From an uncultured delta proteobacterium (GTDB lineage Bacteria; Myxococcota; Kuafuiibacteriia; Kuafuiibacteriales; Kuafuiibacteriaceae): a stretch of 64,000 bases of DNA. The stretch spans positions 384,001 through 448,000 of the forward strand of contig CAWDML010000001.1 of NCBI GenBank assembly GCA_963803435.1, written 5' to 3'. Below are positions 49,026-59,234 of this stretch, one piece after another; the first letter of the stretch is position 1; every line of letters begins with the position of its first letter. Both the position numbers and the translations under genes were made by a program. Below the pieces are notes generated by a model that worked only from the letters and a program-made list of their open reading frames with translations, had not been told where the DNA came from and did not search any database.

Positions 49026-50679
49026 TCGCGTCGATCACCGGGAGGACGCCCAGCCTGCGGTCGACGGCGCGCGGGCTGTAGCGACCGTCCGCGACGTACA
49101 TCCCCCCGTGGTAGAGGTTCGTGCCCGCCGTGACGTACGCGCTCGCCCGACCTCTGTGCCGGTATCCGAAGCCGTTGTACCGCTCGGCGAAGGCCGCCAT
49201 CGCGGCGCGATCGGTCGAGCGATAGTTGAGGCCGAGCTGGTTCGCCGCCGCCCTCTTCTGCTTGAGGGCGTGGGTGGCGGCCTCGACGAACTGGTCCTTG
49301 CGGAAGAAGATGCCCCTCGGTACCTGCGTGGTGCGTCTTCCCAGGCGCTGGCCGTTGTGGAGATAGCGATCGGTTCGCATCCTGCTGTCCTCGCGGTACC
49401 AGATCCCCGCCACCACCGCCGGCGGTAGGTTGGCCTTTCGCCCGATCTCGTCGACGAGCTGGCGACGGGTCGTGACCCGACCGTTCACCGTCACGGGCTC
49501 GTCGAGCTTCTTCGCGACCTTGGCCGCTTCTCCAGGCCGAGTGGTGCGCCCGAGCCCCGCGGAGAACTTCTGTTGATAGTCGCGGTACGCCCGCGCGACG
49601 TCCCGGTTCCCGCGATCGAGCAGGGGCGGCGTGCCGTTCGCGGGCGCCGGATCGTTCGCCGCCGGGGCCGGGTCCTGCGCGGCGGGCGCGCGCTCGAGCG
49701 GACGGGCCGGCGGGCGGCTGGTCCCGTCGGACAGCACCACCATGCTCATCTCTTTCCGGCGGTCGATGACCTTGCCCGACTCCTTCCCTGCGTGGACGAG
49801 GTTCCCGTTGTTCGGATCGACGTAGAACCGGTTGTCCTTCCCCTTCGAGGGATGGGTCGTGGAGGGGTCGTGGTACGTGTAGTACTGGCGGCCCTGCGCG
49901 TCGGTGCCGCGGCCGTTCACCAGGACGAAGTGGTCGGTCACGCCGTCGCGATTGCCCTGGTAGCCGCCCTTGTAGGAGACGCCCACGGCCACCGGGCGAC
50001 CCGCGTCGAGCTGGCGATCGATGTAGTCCCGGGCCTGCTGCGTGCGCTGCGGATCCGTGCGCACATGTCCGCTCCGATCCTCGCCGGTCGCCACCTGGAT
50101 CCGGTTGGCCGTCGAGTCGGGGACCTGGACACCGGCGGTCCTCGCCATCGACTGCACCGCCCGGTAGCAGGCGGTCTTGCCAGCACGCGCGACCCGCTTG
50201 CTGTCGAATTGATCGATGAACTTGGCCTCGGTCTTCACGTCGGGCTTCGCAGCCGCCGGCGGGCTGCCGCGGGGATCGGACAGGCTGCTGGCTTTGACCG
50301 AGCCCTCCGGATCGGGCGCGTTGTCCTGGGGTGCGCGCTCCACAGGTTCGGTCGCGTTGCGCCGGTAGCTATCTCGCGGGTTGAACCCGGCGGGCTGCGG
50401 CTGCGGCTGCGCGTTGCCGCCGCCGAGGGGCGACGGCTGAGCGCCACCCATCGGTCCCTGGGCGCTCTGCTTTTGCTGCTGCTTCCTCGCCCTCGACGCC
50501 GAGGCGAGCATCCCGAGCAGCTGCAGCAGGCTCTCGAGGCCGTCCTCCGAGGTGTCGATCCCCAGCGTGTTCAACATCGATCGGACCTCGTCGAGCGTCT
50601 GCTGGGACGTCATCCCCGAGAGCGCAGCGCTCCGCAGGGAGGAGGTTCGGCCTGTCGAGAGTACGCGGGCGTCGAGCAT
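49012..50679 (-). CDS. Putative two-domain peptidoglycan hydrolase: C39/papain-like peptidase plus lysozyme-like domain
   Basis: Peptidase motifs Q...TACY, GRPVAVGV, DHFVLVNG and YHDP. C-terminal WYRE...YLHNG...ERYNGFGY...YVADGRY...DRRLG. Start at 50679 or 50613. Confidence 0.7.
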   Translation of the reverse strand: MLDARVLSTGRTSSLRSAALSGMTSQQTLDEVRSMLNTLGIDTSEDGLESLLQLLGMLASASRARKQQQKQSAQGPMGGAQPSPLGGGNAQPQPQPAGFNPRDSYRRNATEPVERAPQDNAPDPEGSVKASSLSDPRGSPPAAAKPDVKTEAKFIDQFDSKRVARAGKTACYRAVQSMARTAGVQVPDSTANRIQVATGEDRSGHVRTDPQRTQQARDYIDRQLDAGRPVAVGVSYKGGYQGNRDGVTDHFVLVNGRGTDAQGRQYYTYHDPSTTHPSKGKDNRFYVDPNNGNLVHAGKESGKVIDRRKEMSMVVLSDGTSRPPARPLERAPAAQDPAPAANDPAPANGTPPLLDRGNRDVARAYRDYQQKFSAGLGRTTRPGEAAKVAKKLDEPVTVNGRVTTRRQLVDEIGRKANLPPAVVAGIWYREDSRMRTDRYLHNGQRLGRRTTQVPRGIFFRKDQFVEAATHALKQKRAAANQLGLNYRSTDRAAMAAFAERYNGFGYRHRGRASAYVTAGTNLYHGGMYVADGRYSPRAVDRRLGVLPVIDAIMGR

Positions 50680-50692
50680 GCGCCGGAGTGAG

Positions 50693-50708
50693 TGCAACCT
50701 GCGCACCA
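50693..50708 (-). promoter_or_regulatory. Sigma54 (-24/-12) promoter
   Basis: Minus strand reads TGGTGCGCAGGTTGCA (GG-N10-GC with TTGCA), just upstream of the hydrolase gene. Confidence 0.55.
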
Positions 50709-50810
50709 CGTAACAGAACACATGGCGTGACAGTTGACCTGCGACCTCGATGCTTCAATCGAGGCATCGCGAGCGCAGTTTCACGATGCGGTCGACCGCC
50801 GGGACGCGCG

Positions 50811-53372
50811 TCACCCGCTCGCTGGACTGGAGTCGATGATCGAATTGAGATGCTCGAGATCGACGGGCTTCACCAGGTGCGCATCGAACCCGGCGTCGCG
50901 CGTGCGCGTCCGATCCTCCGCCTGACCGTAGCCCGTGACCGCGACCAGGATCATTCCGCTCGAGCCGGAGCCCGCCCGGATGCCGCGCGCGACCGCATAG
51001 CCGTCGATCCCGGGCAAGCCGATGTCGATCAGCGCGATATCGGGGCGCAGCTCGAGGGCCCGCTCGAGCCCCGCCGGTCCGTCGGAGGCATCGTGGACCT
51101 CATGACCGCGAAGCTCCAGGAGCATCCGCAGCATCTCCCGCGCGTCGGGGTTGTCGTCGACCACCAGGATTCGCTTTTTCTCCACGGCCATTTCCTCTCC
51201 TTCCGCCTGCTCTTCGGGCGGCGGAGCCACCGAGGGAAGCTCCACGGTGAAGCGCGCCCCCGTCCCCACGCCGTCGCTGGTGGCGAATATGCGCCCGCCG
51301 TGCAGCTCCGTGAGCTGGCGGACCAGCGTGAGCCCGAGCCCCAGGCCGCCCTGCGAGCGATCGATGGTGAGCTGTGCCTGTGTGAACGCGTCGAAGATCC
51401 TCGGCAGCATCTCGGGGGCGATGCCGATCCCGGTATCGCTCACCTCGAGGGACGCCCGATCCCGATCCTGCCGGACGCGCACGCTGATCTTCCCGCGCCC
51501 GGGCGTGTACTTGATGGCGTTCTCCACCAGGTTCTGGACGATCTGCGTCAGCCGCGATGCGTCGCCTTCGACATGGACGAGCTCGCACTCGACGACGATC
51601 TCATGCCGCGTCGGGGGTACGGCCACCACCGTCGTTCGCACCGCGGATCGCACCAGGTCTCCGAGCTCCAACACCTCTTTCGCGAGCACGATCTTTCCGC
51701 TGGTCACTCTCGAGATGTCGAGGAGATCCTCGAGGATCGAAGACAGCTGCTCGACCTGCCGAGTAATCACGGCGGCGGGTCCCGCGAGCGCCGGTTCGTG
51801 CGCGCCTATCCCTTCCATGACGGCGGCGGCGGTCCGGATGGCGCCGAGCGGGTTCCGCAGCTCGTGGCTGAGGATCGCCAGGAACTGATCCTTGCGGCGA
51901 TCCGACTCCTCGAGCGCCTGCTGCACGCGCTTCAGCTCGCTGATGTCGAGGTTGATGCCGGCCCACTGGACGATCTGTCCGTCCTCGTCCCGGATGGGCA
52001 CGCCGCGCGCCAGGACGTCGTGCCATTTCCCATCAACGCCCCGGAACCGATGCTCGCGTTCCCAGAACCTGCCCTCGGCGACGCACGCGCTCCAGGCGGC
52101 GACGGTCGGCGCGACCTCGTCCGGGTGCAGGGCACGCTCCCAGCCGAGGTCCGAGCACTCGTCCTGGGTCAAACCGACCAGGCGGAGAAACGACGGGCTC
52201 ACGTAGATGTTGCGACCGTTCGGGTCGCAGACCCAGACGCCGTAGTCGATCGACTCGCCGATGCCGCGATACAGGCGCTCGCTCCTGCGAAGCTCGCGAT
52301 CCGTCCGCAGGCGCTGGGTGATGTCCCGATCGATCTTCGAGACACCGACGATCTCGCCGTCCTCACCGCGGATCGGAGAGACGGTCACCGAGACGTCGAT
52401 CCGCGTTCCATCCTTCCGCACCCGCACCGTCTCGAAGTGACCGAGGTGCTCACCCTTGCCGAGTCGAACGATGCGCTCCATCTCCTCGGCGCGGTTCTCG
52501 GGGAGGATCAGCTCGGTGATCGCACGACCGATCATCTCCTCGGCGGGATAGCCGAACAGCCGCTCGGCGCTGGGGTTCCAGGAGGTGACGACACCGTCGA
52601 GCGTCAGCCCGATGACCGCGTCCTCGGAAGATTCGACGATCGCCGCCAGATGCGCCTCGCTCTCCCGCTGGGCGCGTCGCAGCTTCGCCTGGTCGGTCAC
52701 GTCGAGCGTGATTCCGCCGGCCCGCAGCGCTCTCGTCCCCTCACGGTGGATCCGTCCGAACGACCGGAGCGATCGCACGCCGCGCGTCGGGTGGACCACG
52801 CGCATCTCGAAGTCGATCGCCGTTTCGGTCCCGTCGGCGCGAAGCCCGCGGACCATCGACTCCGCCTGGGCCCTGTGAGACGGGTCAATCGCGGAGAGCC
52901 AGGCGTCGATGGTCGGAACGGTCGTGCTGGGCAGGCCGAGCAACTCTCGATACTGTTTCGACCAGTAGAGCTCGCCGGTCTCGAAGCTCCAGTCCCAGAT
53001 GCCCGCACCCGACGAGCTCTGCGCCACCTCGAGGCGCTCGTCGAGACGCTCGAGCTGCTTCCGCGTGCGTCGCGCGCCGTCGGACAGGTAGCTGATCAGG
53101 AGCCCCGCCAGGAGGAAGATCACGAGCGCGGGCGGACCCCCGGACTCGGGCCAGAGCACGCCGCACGCGACCGCGCCGGTCACCGTCGCGGCGACGCCCG
53201 GACCAAACCCGCACCACCACGCGCTCACGACGATCATCGGAAACAACGTGATGAATGGGACTTGCCCGTGCGGCCACAGGCCGTTGAGGAGAGCTCGCGC
53301 ACCGACGCCGATCGCCGCCAGGATCAGGGCGATTCCAAAGCGAGCCCATGCCGGTGCGCGCGCGAGCAGCAT
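50811..53372 (-). CDS. Hybrid sensor histidine kinase/response regulator (DUF4118-like TM, three PAS domains, HisKA, HATPase, REC)
   Basis: AIVESSEDAVI, FLAILSHELRNPL, NLVENAIKY, GLGLGL and LIDIGLPGIDG. Confidence 0.95.
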   Translation of the reverse strand: MLLARAPAWARFGIALILAAIGVGARALLNGLWPHGQVPFITLFPMIVVSAWWCGFGPGVAATVTGAVACGVLWPESGGPPALVIFLLAGLLISYLSDGARRTRKQLERLDERLEVAQSSSGAGIWDWSFETGELYWSKQYRELLGLPSTTVPTIDAWLSAIDPSHRAQAESMVRGLRADGTETAIDFEMRVVHPTRGVRSLRSFGRIHREGTRALRAGGITLDVTDQAKLRRAQRESEAHLAAIVESSEDAVIGLTLDGVVTSWNPSAERLFGYPAEEMIGRAITELILPENRAEEMERIVRLGKGEHLGHFETVRVRKDGTRIDVSVTVSPIRGEDGEIVGVSKIDRDITQRLRTDRELRRSERLYRGIGESIDYGVWVCDPNGRNIYVSPSFLRLVGLTQDECSDLGWERALHPDEVAPTVAAWSACVAEGRFWEREHRFRGVDGKWHDVLARGVPIRDEDGQIVQWAGINLDISELKRVQQALEESDRRKDQFLAILSHELRNPLGAIRTAAAVMEGIGAHEPALAGPAAVITRQVEQLSSILEDLLDISRVTSGKIVLAKEVLELGDLVRSAVRTTVVAVPPTRHEIVVECELVHVEGDASRLTQIVQNLVENAIKYTPGRGKISVRVRQDRDRASLEVSDTGIGIAPEMLPRIFDAFTQAQLTIDRSQGGLGLGLTLVRQLTELHGGRIFATSDGVGTGARFTVELPSVAPPPEEQAEGEEMAVEKKRILVVDDNPDAREMLRMLLELRGHEVHDASDGPAGLERALELRPDIALIDIGLPGIDGYAVARGIRAGSGSSGMILVAVTGYGQAEDRTRTRDAGFDAHLVKPVDLEHLNSIIDSSPASG

Positions 53373-53462
53373 CCCGTCCGATAACAGGAGAGCCCGTCCG
53401 GCGAGGCGAATCAAGCCAGCGGGACACCCATCGACGAGCAAGAACGCCCCGACGCATCGGGA

Positions 53463-56400
53463 TCACCGGCCCGCGGCGCGGCTCGGCGTTTCCTCTTCGA
53501 GCTGGGCGTTGAGGCGCTGCCAGGTCAGGTTCCAGCAGGGTCCTTCGCACGAGAGGAAGTTTCCCCAGGCCTTGGAGCGAGACTCGAGCCGGCTCCCGCA
53601 CGACAGGCACACGGCGCACAGGTGATCCGCGAGCGCCTGCAGGGTGTCGACGTCGACCCGCTCCTGTGCCCGGCACGCGGCATCCATGCACGCGACCACG
53701 ATCCCCTCGTCGGTGATCTCGAGCCGCGCCGTACCCTCGCATTCGGCGCAGCGCGGATCGTGAAAGTGCGGATCGAGCGTCTGCAGCTCGCGACACACCA
53801 GCGTACGGCTACGGCGAAAATCCGGCGTGGAAGCCACCCTCGTCTTCAGCTTCGTTCGCGGGATCGCGACGCGCGCCGCTCCCAGCGATCGCCTTCGCTT
53901 GCGCTCCCGCCGCGCCTTCTCCTGCAGCTCCTGCTCGCCGAGCCGATCCCAGATCGACTGGCGGAGCTCGGCCGCGCGCCGCACGACACGCTCGCTGAGC
54001 TCGACATCCCTCGAGTCCTCGAGCCTCTCCGGTCCGATCGGATCGATCTCGAGGTCCTTCAGTCGCGACACCACACCCTCGAGCGTCCGCTCGGGATCCA
54101 GCGCCAGCTGGCTGCCCCTCACCCGGATGAACCGCCAGCCGAGACGCTCGAGCTGCTGCCTCCTGGAGCGGTCTGTCTTGCGCTCGAGGGTCGGATGGGA
54201 GCGATCGCCGTCGCACTCGATCGCGACCCGGCCGCGCTGGCCCTCGACGACGAGATCGATCCGATACGCGCCCACCTCCCACTGCGGCTTCACGCGGAAA
54301 CCGCGACCGCGAAGCATCTCGAGGATCCGGCGCTCGAGCTCCGACTCGGGCCGACCCTCGTGCTTCGTCAGGTCGAGGAGCGCGCGGGGATCGCGGGCGT
54401 GCTCGATGAGGCGGCGGCGCAGGTCGTTCGGCTTCAAGTCCGTGTCCGGGTTCAGAGAGTGGACCACCCACATCTGATCCCGCGCGCGGCTGGCAGCGAC
54501 GTTGAGCCGCTTCTTGAACTCGGCGTTGTCGTTCAGGGGCAGCGGGGCGCCCTCGCCGCTCCAGACCATCGAAGAGAAGATCACGTCGCGCTCGTCACCC
54601 TGGAAGTGGGCCGGCGCTCCGCAGAGGAGGCGGCGTCGCTCGATCTCCCGAGGCTCCAGCCAGGCGTGCAGGAATCGCTCGATCAACGCCCACTGCTCGT
54701 CGCCGAGGAGACTGATCACACCCATGGTCGCGCCTGCGTACTCTGGCTGCTCGACGCTGGCCGCCACCAGCGCCGCCACCTCGATCGCCTCGGGCGTGTT
54801 CACGTTGTGATCGTCGCAGTCGCCCGCGACGTGATGCTCGACCACCGGTGGCAACACCCGCGCGCTGGCGCCCTCGCGGAGGGCCTGGATCTCACCGTCG
54901 TAGGCGAGGCGGCTGGAGAACGCGATGATCTCGGGGACGCAGCGGAAGTGCTCCCGGAGACGGATCGCGCTCTGGGACTGCCGCGCCAGGTCGTAGATCG
55001 ACAGGCGCCCGGTGTAGAGGTCCTTGTTCGGAATTCCGTCGAGGTGCAGATCGATCAGCGTCTGGATCGTGTCGAGCTTCTGTCCCACCGCGAGCGGGCT
55101 GACCTGCTGATCGTCGCCGACCACCACGATCTGGCGCGCCAGCCCGAACGCGAAGAGGCCGTTCACGTCGCACTGGCTGGCCTCGTCGATGATGACCACG
55201 TCGAACCGGGTCTGGGCCAGGTCGTACGCCTCGATCACCTTCGACAGCGGCATGATCCAGACGGGGACCGAGTCCTTGCAGTGCGTCAGCAGCTCGAGCG
55301 CCTTCTTCTGCAGCATCGGCGCGCGCTTGCCGGTGCCCTTCCCGATCTGCTTCTGGTAGTCGAGCCAACCGGTGAGGTTCCTGCGGGCGCGGGGTGAGGT
55401 CCGATCCACCTGCTTCGACCACGCCTTGCTGGCGACCAGCTCCGCCGTGCTTCGCTGAAGCCGATCGCGGAGCTCGACCACCCTTCGCTGGAGCTCGTCG
55501 GGATCGACCTTCGCCCGCGCGTCGAGCGCTCGCGCGAGCTGGGCGTGGATCCAGGCCGCCTCCACGTCCCCGGGAGGACGCGCCCCGTCGTGGGGCGGGG
55601 TCCGGGCCTCGATCGCATCGACCCACCCGGGTGCGATCGGATGGAGTCGGTCCAAGAGCCGCTTGCGGCGGGCGCGTGCGACGCGTTGATCGGCGAGGTG
55701 TACCAGCCGGCCATAGGCCGCCGAGTACCGCTCGACGTCACGGCCGCGCGCCGCTTCGGCCAGCGCCCGCCCCGCGGCGCTCTGCTTCGGGCGCGTGACG
55801 CGCTCGAGAAGCCGCCGCTCCCATACTAGGAGCTCCTCGAGTCGCTCCTTGCGACGGAGCGCCTCGAAGCCGCGCACCAGGACCTCCGAGAGCGCCCGCC
55901 GCGCCCGCCGCGCCACGCTCTGCCGGTCCTCCTCGGGCAGGCGCTGGTCGACCGCCTCCCAGGAGAGGCCGAGGCCCGCCAGCTCCTCCTCGATCCCGCT
56001 CCACTCGCTCGACCACCAGAGCTTGGCGCGCGCGATCTTGCGCTCGAACGGCTCGAGGAAGTTGGGCCACTGGTCCACCGACTCGGGCAGCTCGGGCGCG
56101 CCCATCGCGAACATCTGCTTGTTCCAGCGCCGGCGGAGCTTCCGGGCCGACGACCGGAGCCGATAGGCGGCGCGGATGGCCGTGAAGTGATCCGCGGTGG
56201 CGGGCGGCCGCCCGTCGATCGAAGCGCCCTCGGTCAGCTCGGTCCAGTGCCCCCGGCCCAGACGCGCGAACCAGCCGAGACCGCTGCCGCCTGAGAGATG
56301 CTCGACAATCTCGTCGCAGCACGTGAGCGCGGTGTCGCAGTCGAGCTCGGGGAGGCGGAGCTCGTGGCGGAGCTCGACCGCGTGGTGAGCCTCGTGCGCG

Positions 56401-58319
56401 TCGAGCGCCTCGCCGATCAACGCCCGGAGCTCGTCCCACGCGGCCAGGAACGCGCCGCCACGCGAGACCTCGTCCAGGCAGCGCTCCAGCCACTCCTCCG
56501 AGGTGAGCCAGTCCACGGCAGCGGCGGCCCGCTCCACCACCGGATGCAGCCGCTTGGCGGTCACCGTGGTGTCGCAGAAGATCGCGACCTCGTCGTCGCG
56601 CCGGCTCTTCTCCAGCGCCGTCAGCTGGCGGACCAGCTCGGCGTACGTCTCGGGCTCGACCACGATCTCGGGTGCAGGCAGATCTCCGGCCAGCTCCACC
56701 TCGTCACAGGCGGGAAACGACTCCTGGAGCCGATAGAGCTCGTGCACCTCCGCCACCGTCAGCGGCAGCGTGGCCCCGGGCTCGACCGGCGCGGGGATCC
56801 AGTCGTCCTCGCCCTTGCGATCGTGAAGACGCGCGGCGGCCTCCTGCGGCGAGAACGTGTGCTCGCCGAAGACGATCGCCTCCGTCTCGGATCGAAGCGC
56901 GCGGTCGAGGCCCTTCTCGGCGTGCGCCAAATCGGCCGCCAGCCGGTCCCGGTGCTGGGAGGCGCCGGCGATCGCCGACGCGTCGGCCGCGGGCAGCGAA
57001 AGCCTCGCCACGATCCCGTTCACACTCGACTCCAGCTGCTCGCGGCCGCGCAGGTCGCTCTCGAGATAGGCGACGCACAGCGCCTGAAGCTCGGGGACCA
57101 CCTTGTCGCGCACCACGCGCAACGCCTTGGCCGTGTGGCTGGTGACGAGCACCGTCTTTCCCTCGGCGAGGAGGTGGCCGATCAGGTTTGCGATCGTGTG
57201 CGTCTTGCCGGTTCCGGGCGGTCCTTGCACGACCACCGAGCCGTTGCGCTCCAGGCGCCGCAGGATCTCCTCCTGCTCGCGGTTGGCCGGAAGCGTGAAC
57301 AGCGGCTCGACGTCGGGCTCCGCCGATCGATCACGCACCGAGTCCATCACCACGTCCACCAGCGGCATCGGGAGCTCATCCATCTCGTCGAGCGCATCGA
57401 TGAACCGATCCGCCGCCATCTGGATCGTCCCCGAGCGTGAGCCGAGGAAGATGATCGGCGCCTGCACGAAGGTCGGCCGCGAGGAGGGCGCCACCTCGAG
57501 GTCGTCGATCACGCGCGCGTTCGGGAACAGGAGATTGGCCACCTTGCCCACGAGCTGGCGGACGCTCGCCGGATCCATCATCGAGGCTTCCTTTTGCTCC
57601 ACCAGCTCGCGCGCCTGCGCGATCGACGCGCCCTCGACCTCCGGCAACAGGCGCAGGAGCGCCGTGTTGAGCTCGGGGATCGGGTTGGCGAGCCGAAGCC
57701 GGAGCGCCGGAGCGCGCTCGTCGAACTCGAGCTCGAGCTCCTGGAGGAGGACCGGGTGGGCAATCCTTCCCTCGTCGTGATCGAGGAGCAGCCAGCCGTC
57801 GCCGAGGAGCACGCGGTAGCGCTCCGACTCGCGCTGGAGCCGAGCCCGCAGCGCGAACAAGCGCTCGTAGATCGCGATGAGCGCCCGATTCGGAGCCTCG
57901 CTGCTCCGCCACTCCTCGCGGAGGCTGCGCCACAGGACGAAGCTGGTCCCGCGGCGGGGATCGTCGTCGACCAGCTCGAGCCTCGGATCGTCGAAGCTGG
58001 AGAGGGCCGGGATGGTGGTGACCTCGCCGTCGATCCTGTCCCAGCCCGGCGCGAGCCAGTCGCGGATGGTCGGCCCGGGCGGCGGGCACGGCAGCTCGAC
58101 GGGACGGCGGACCTCGAGCGCGACGTCGGCGCGCTCCTCGGCCTCCTCGGACGCCATCAGTGCGCCGGACACGTCCGCGTGATCGGGTAGATCCGAGAGA
58201 CGAAGCTGCCACGCCTCCGGATCGATCGTTCGCTCGACCGGGCTGTCGAGACGGGCCCTCTCCTTGAGAAATAGAAAAACGCGGCGAAGGCGATCCTTCG
58301 CCTCCTGAGTCTCGTTCAC
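53463..58319 (-). CDS. Large SF1 (Upf1/DNA2-like) helicase fused to Vsr/DUF559-like endonuclease and Cys-rich C-terminus
   Basis: Helicase motifs QGPPGTGKT, IIDEASQ, VGDDQQ, FQGDERD and RLNVAASRARD. Nuclease motifs YRIDLVV...AIECDG...H...LERLGWRFIRV. GTG start with GGAGG RBS. Confidence 0.9.
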   Translation of the reverse strand: MNETQEAKDRLRRVFLFLKERARLDSPVERTIDPEAWQLRLSDLPDHADVSGALMASEEAEERADVALEVRRPVELPCPPPGPTIRDWLAPGWDRIDGEVTTIPALSSFDDPRLELVDDDPRRGTSFVLWRSLREEWRSSEAPNRALIAIYERLFALRARLQRESERYRVLLGDGWLLLDHDEGRIAHPVLLQELELEFDERAPALRLRLANPIPELNTALLRLLPEVEGASIAQARELVEQKEASMMDPASVRQLVGKVANLLFPNARVIDDLEVAPSSRPTFVQAPIIFLGSRSGTIQMAADRFIDALDEMDELPMPLVDVVMDSVRDRSAEPDVEPLFTLPANREQEEILRRLERNGSVVVQGPPGTGKTHTIANLIGHLLAEGKTVLVTSHTAKALRVVRDKVVPELQALCVAYLESDLRGREQLESSVNGIVARLSLPAADASAIAGASQHRDRLAADLAHAEKGLDRALRSETEAIVFGEHTFSPQEAAARLHDRKGEDDWIPAPVEPGATLPLTVAEVHELYRLQESFPACDEVELAGDLPAPEIVVEPETYAELVRQLTALEKSRRDDEVAIFCDTTVTAKRLHPVVERAAAAVDWLTSEEWLERCLDEVSRGGAFLAAWDELRALIGEALDAHEAHHAVELRHELRLPELDCDTALTCCDEIVEHLSGGSGLGWFARLGRGHWTELTEGASIDGRPPATADHFTAIRAAYRLRSSARKLRRRWNKQMFAMGAPELPESVDQWPNFLEPFERKIARAKLWWSSEWSGIEEELAGLGLSWEAVDQRLPEEDRQSVARRARRALSEVLVRGFEALRRKERLEELLVWERRLLERVTRPKQSAAGRALAEAARGRDVERYSAAYGRLVHLADQRVARARRKRLLDRLHPIAPGWVDAIEARTPPHDGARPPGDVEAAWIHAQLARALDARAKVDPDELQRRVVELRDRLQRSTAELVASKAWSKQVDRTSPRARRNLTGWLDYQKQIGKGTGKRAPMLQKKALELLTHCKDSVPVWIMPLSKVIEAYDLAQTRFDVVIIDEASQCDVNGLFAFGLARQIVVVGDDQQVSPLAVGQKLDTIQTLIDLHLDGIPNKDLYTGRLSIYDLARQSQSAIRLREHFRCVPEIIAFSSRLAYDGEIQALREGASARVLPPVVEHHVAGDCDDHNVNTPEAIEVAALVAASVEQPEYAGATMGVISLLGDEQWALIERFLHAWLEPREIERRRLLCGAPAHFQGDERDVIFSSMVWSGEGAPLPLNDNAEFKKRLNVAASRARDQMWVVHSLNPDTDLKPNDLRRRLIEHARDPRALLDLTKHEGRPESELERRILEMLRGRGFRVKPQWEVGAYRIDLVVEGQRGRVAIECDGDRSHPTLERKTDRSRRQQLERLGWRFIRVRGSQLALDPERTLEGVVSRLKDLEIDPIGPERLEDSRDVELSERVVRRAAELRQSIWDRLGEQELQEKARRERKRRRSLGAARVAIPRTKLKTRVASTPDFRRSRTLVCRELQTLDPHFHDPRCAECEGTARLEITDEGIVVACMDAACRAQERVDVDTLQALADHLCAVCLSCGSRLESRSKAWGNFLSCEGPCWNLTWQRLNAQLEEETPSRAAGR

Positions 58320-58374
58320 GGCACCCTCCTCCACTGACCTGGGATCAACAGAGAGAAGACCGAGAAATCGGTCC

Positions 58375-59073
58375 TTAAGCGGACGTGGGGCCAATCACGC
58401 GCACGCCGTCCGAACCCGCCACGATCGCCTCGGTGGCAAGCCCCAAGAACAGGCCGTGCTCCACGACGCCGGTGAGATCCTGGATGGCCGACGCCACCGC
58501 GGAGGGATCCGCGATCGGATCGGTGAAGTAGCAGTCGATCAGGTAGTTGCCGTTGTCGGTGACGTACGGAGCCGCGCCGTTCATGCGCAACTTCGCCTCA
58601 CAGCCGAGCGCGCTCAGCCGGGCGGCGTTGAAACGCCAGCAGAACTGCACCACCTCGACCGGCATCGCGCCGGTGACCCCGAGGTGATCGACGCGCTTGC
58701 TCTCGTCGGCGATGACGATGAAGCGACGGGCCGCGCGCTCGACCATCTTCTCGCGCAGCAGGGCGCCGCCTCGGCCCTTCACCAGATCGAGCGTCGGTGA
58801 GATCTCGTCGGCGCCGTCGATCGCGAGATCGAGCACCGGGTGATCGTCGAGCGAGACGATCGGGATGCCGAGACCGCGGGCCTGCTCTTCGGTGCGGCGC
58901 GACGTGGGGACGCCGGCGATCCGGGTCAGCGCTCCGGCGCGGAGGCGCTCCCCGATCCGCTCGACGGCGAACCACGCCGTGGAGCCGGTGCCGAGGCCCA
59001 GCACCATCCCACTCTCGACGGCCTCGACCGCCCGCTCGGCGGCCCGCTGCTTCCATTGATCCTGCGCCGACAT
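58375..59073 (-). CDS. rpiA: Ribose-5-phosphate isomerase A
   Basis: LGLGTGST, DGADE, KGRGGALLREK, TDNGN and GVVEHGLF. Confidence 0.97.
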   Translation of the reverse strand: MSAQDQWKQRAAERAVEAVESGMVLGLGTGSTAWFAVERIGERLRAGALTRIAGVPTSRRTEEQARGLGIPIVSLDDHPVLDLAIDGADEISPTLDLVKGRGGALLREKMVERAARRFIVIADESKRVDHLGVTGAMPVEVVQFCWRFNAARLSALGCEAKLRMNGAAPYVTDNGNYLIDCYFTDPIADPSAVASAIQDLTGVVEHGLFLGLATEAIVAGSDGVRVIGPTSA

Positions 59074-59234
59074 ACGGGTCGGAACCTGCCCGCATCGGGT
59101 CTCGGTGTCACCGTAACCCCGCCTCGGCCGTGACACCCGGCGAGAACCCCAACCCTTTCAGCCATGGCACAGTCGGTGAACGGGGCGTGCCGACCGTGTT
59201 GACCGGCGCAGCCCGACCTCTCAAAAAATCCCGC

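Noticed and set aside
59165-59180. Sigma54 promoter TGGCACAGTCGGTGAA upstream of the Calx-beta gene
   Set aside because: The -24 element is good but the -12 reads GA instead of GC. Plausible, but not supportable from sequence alone.
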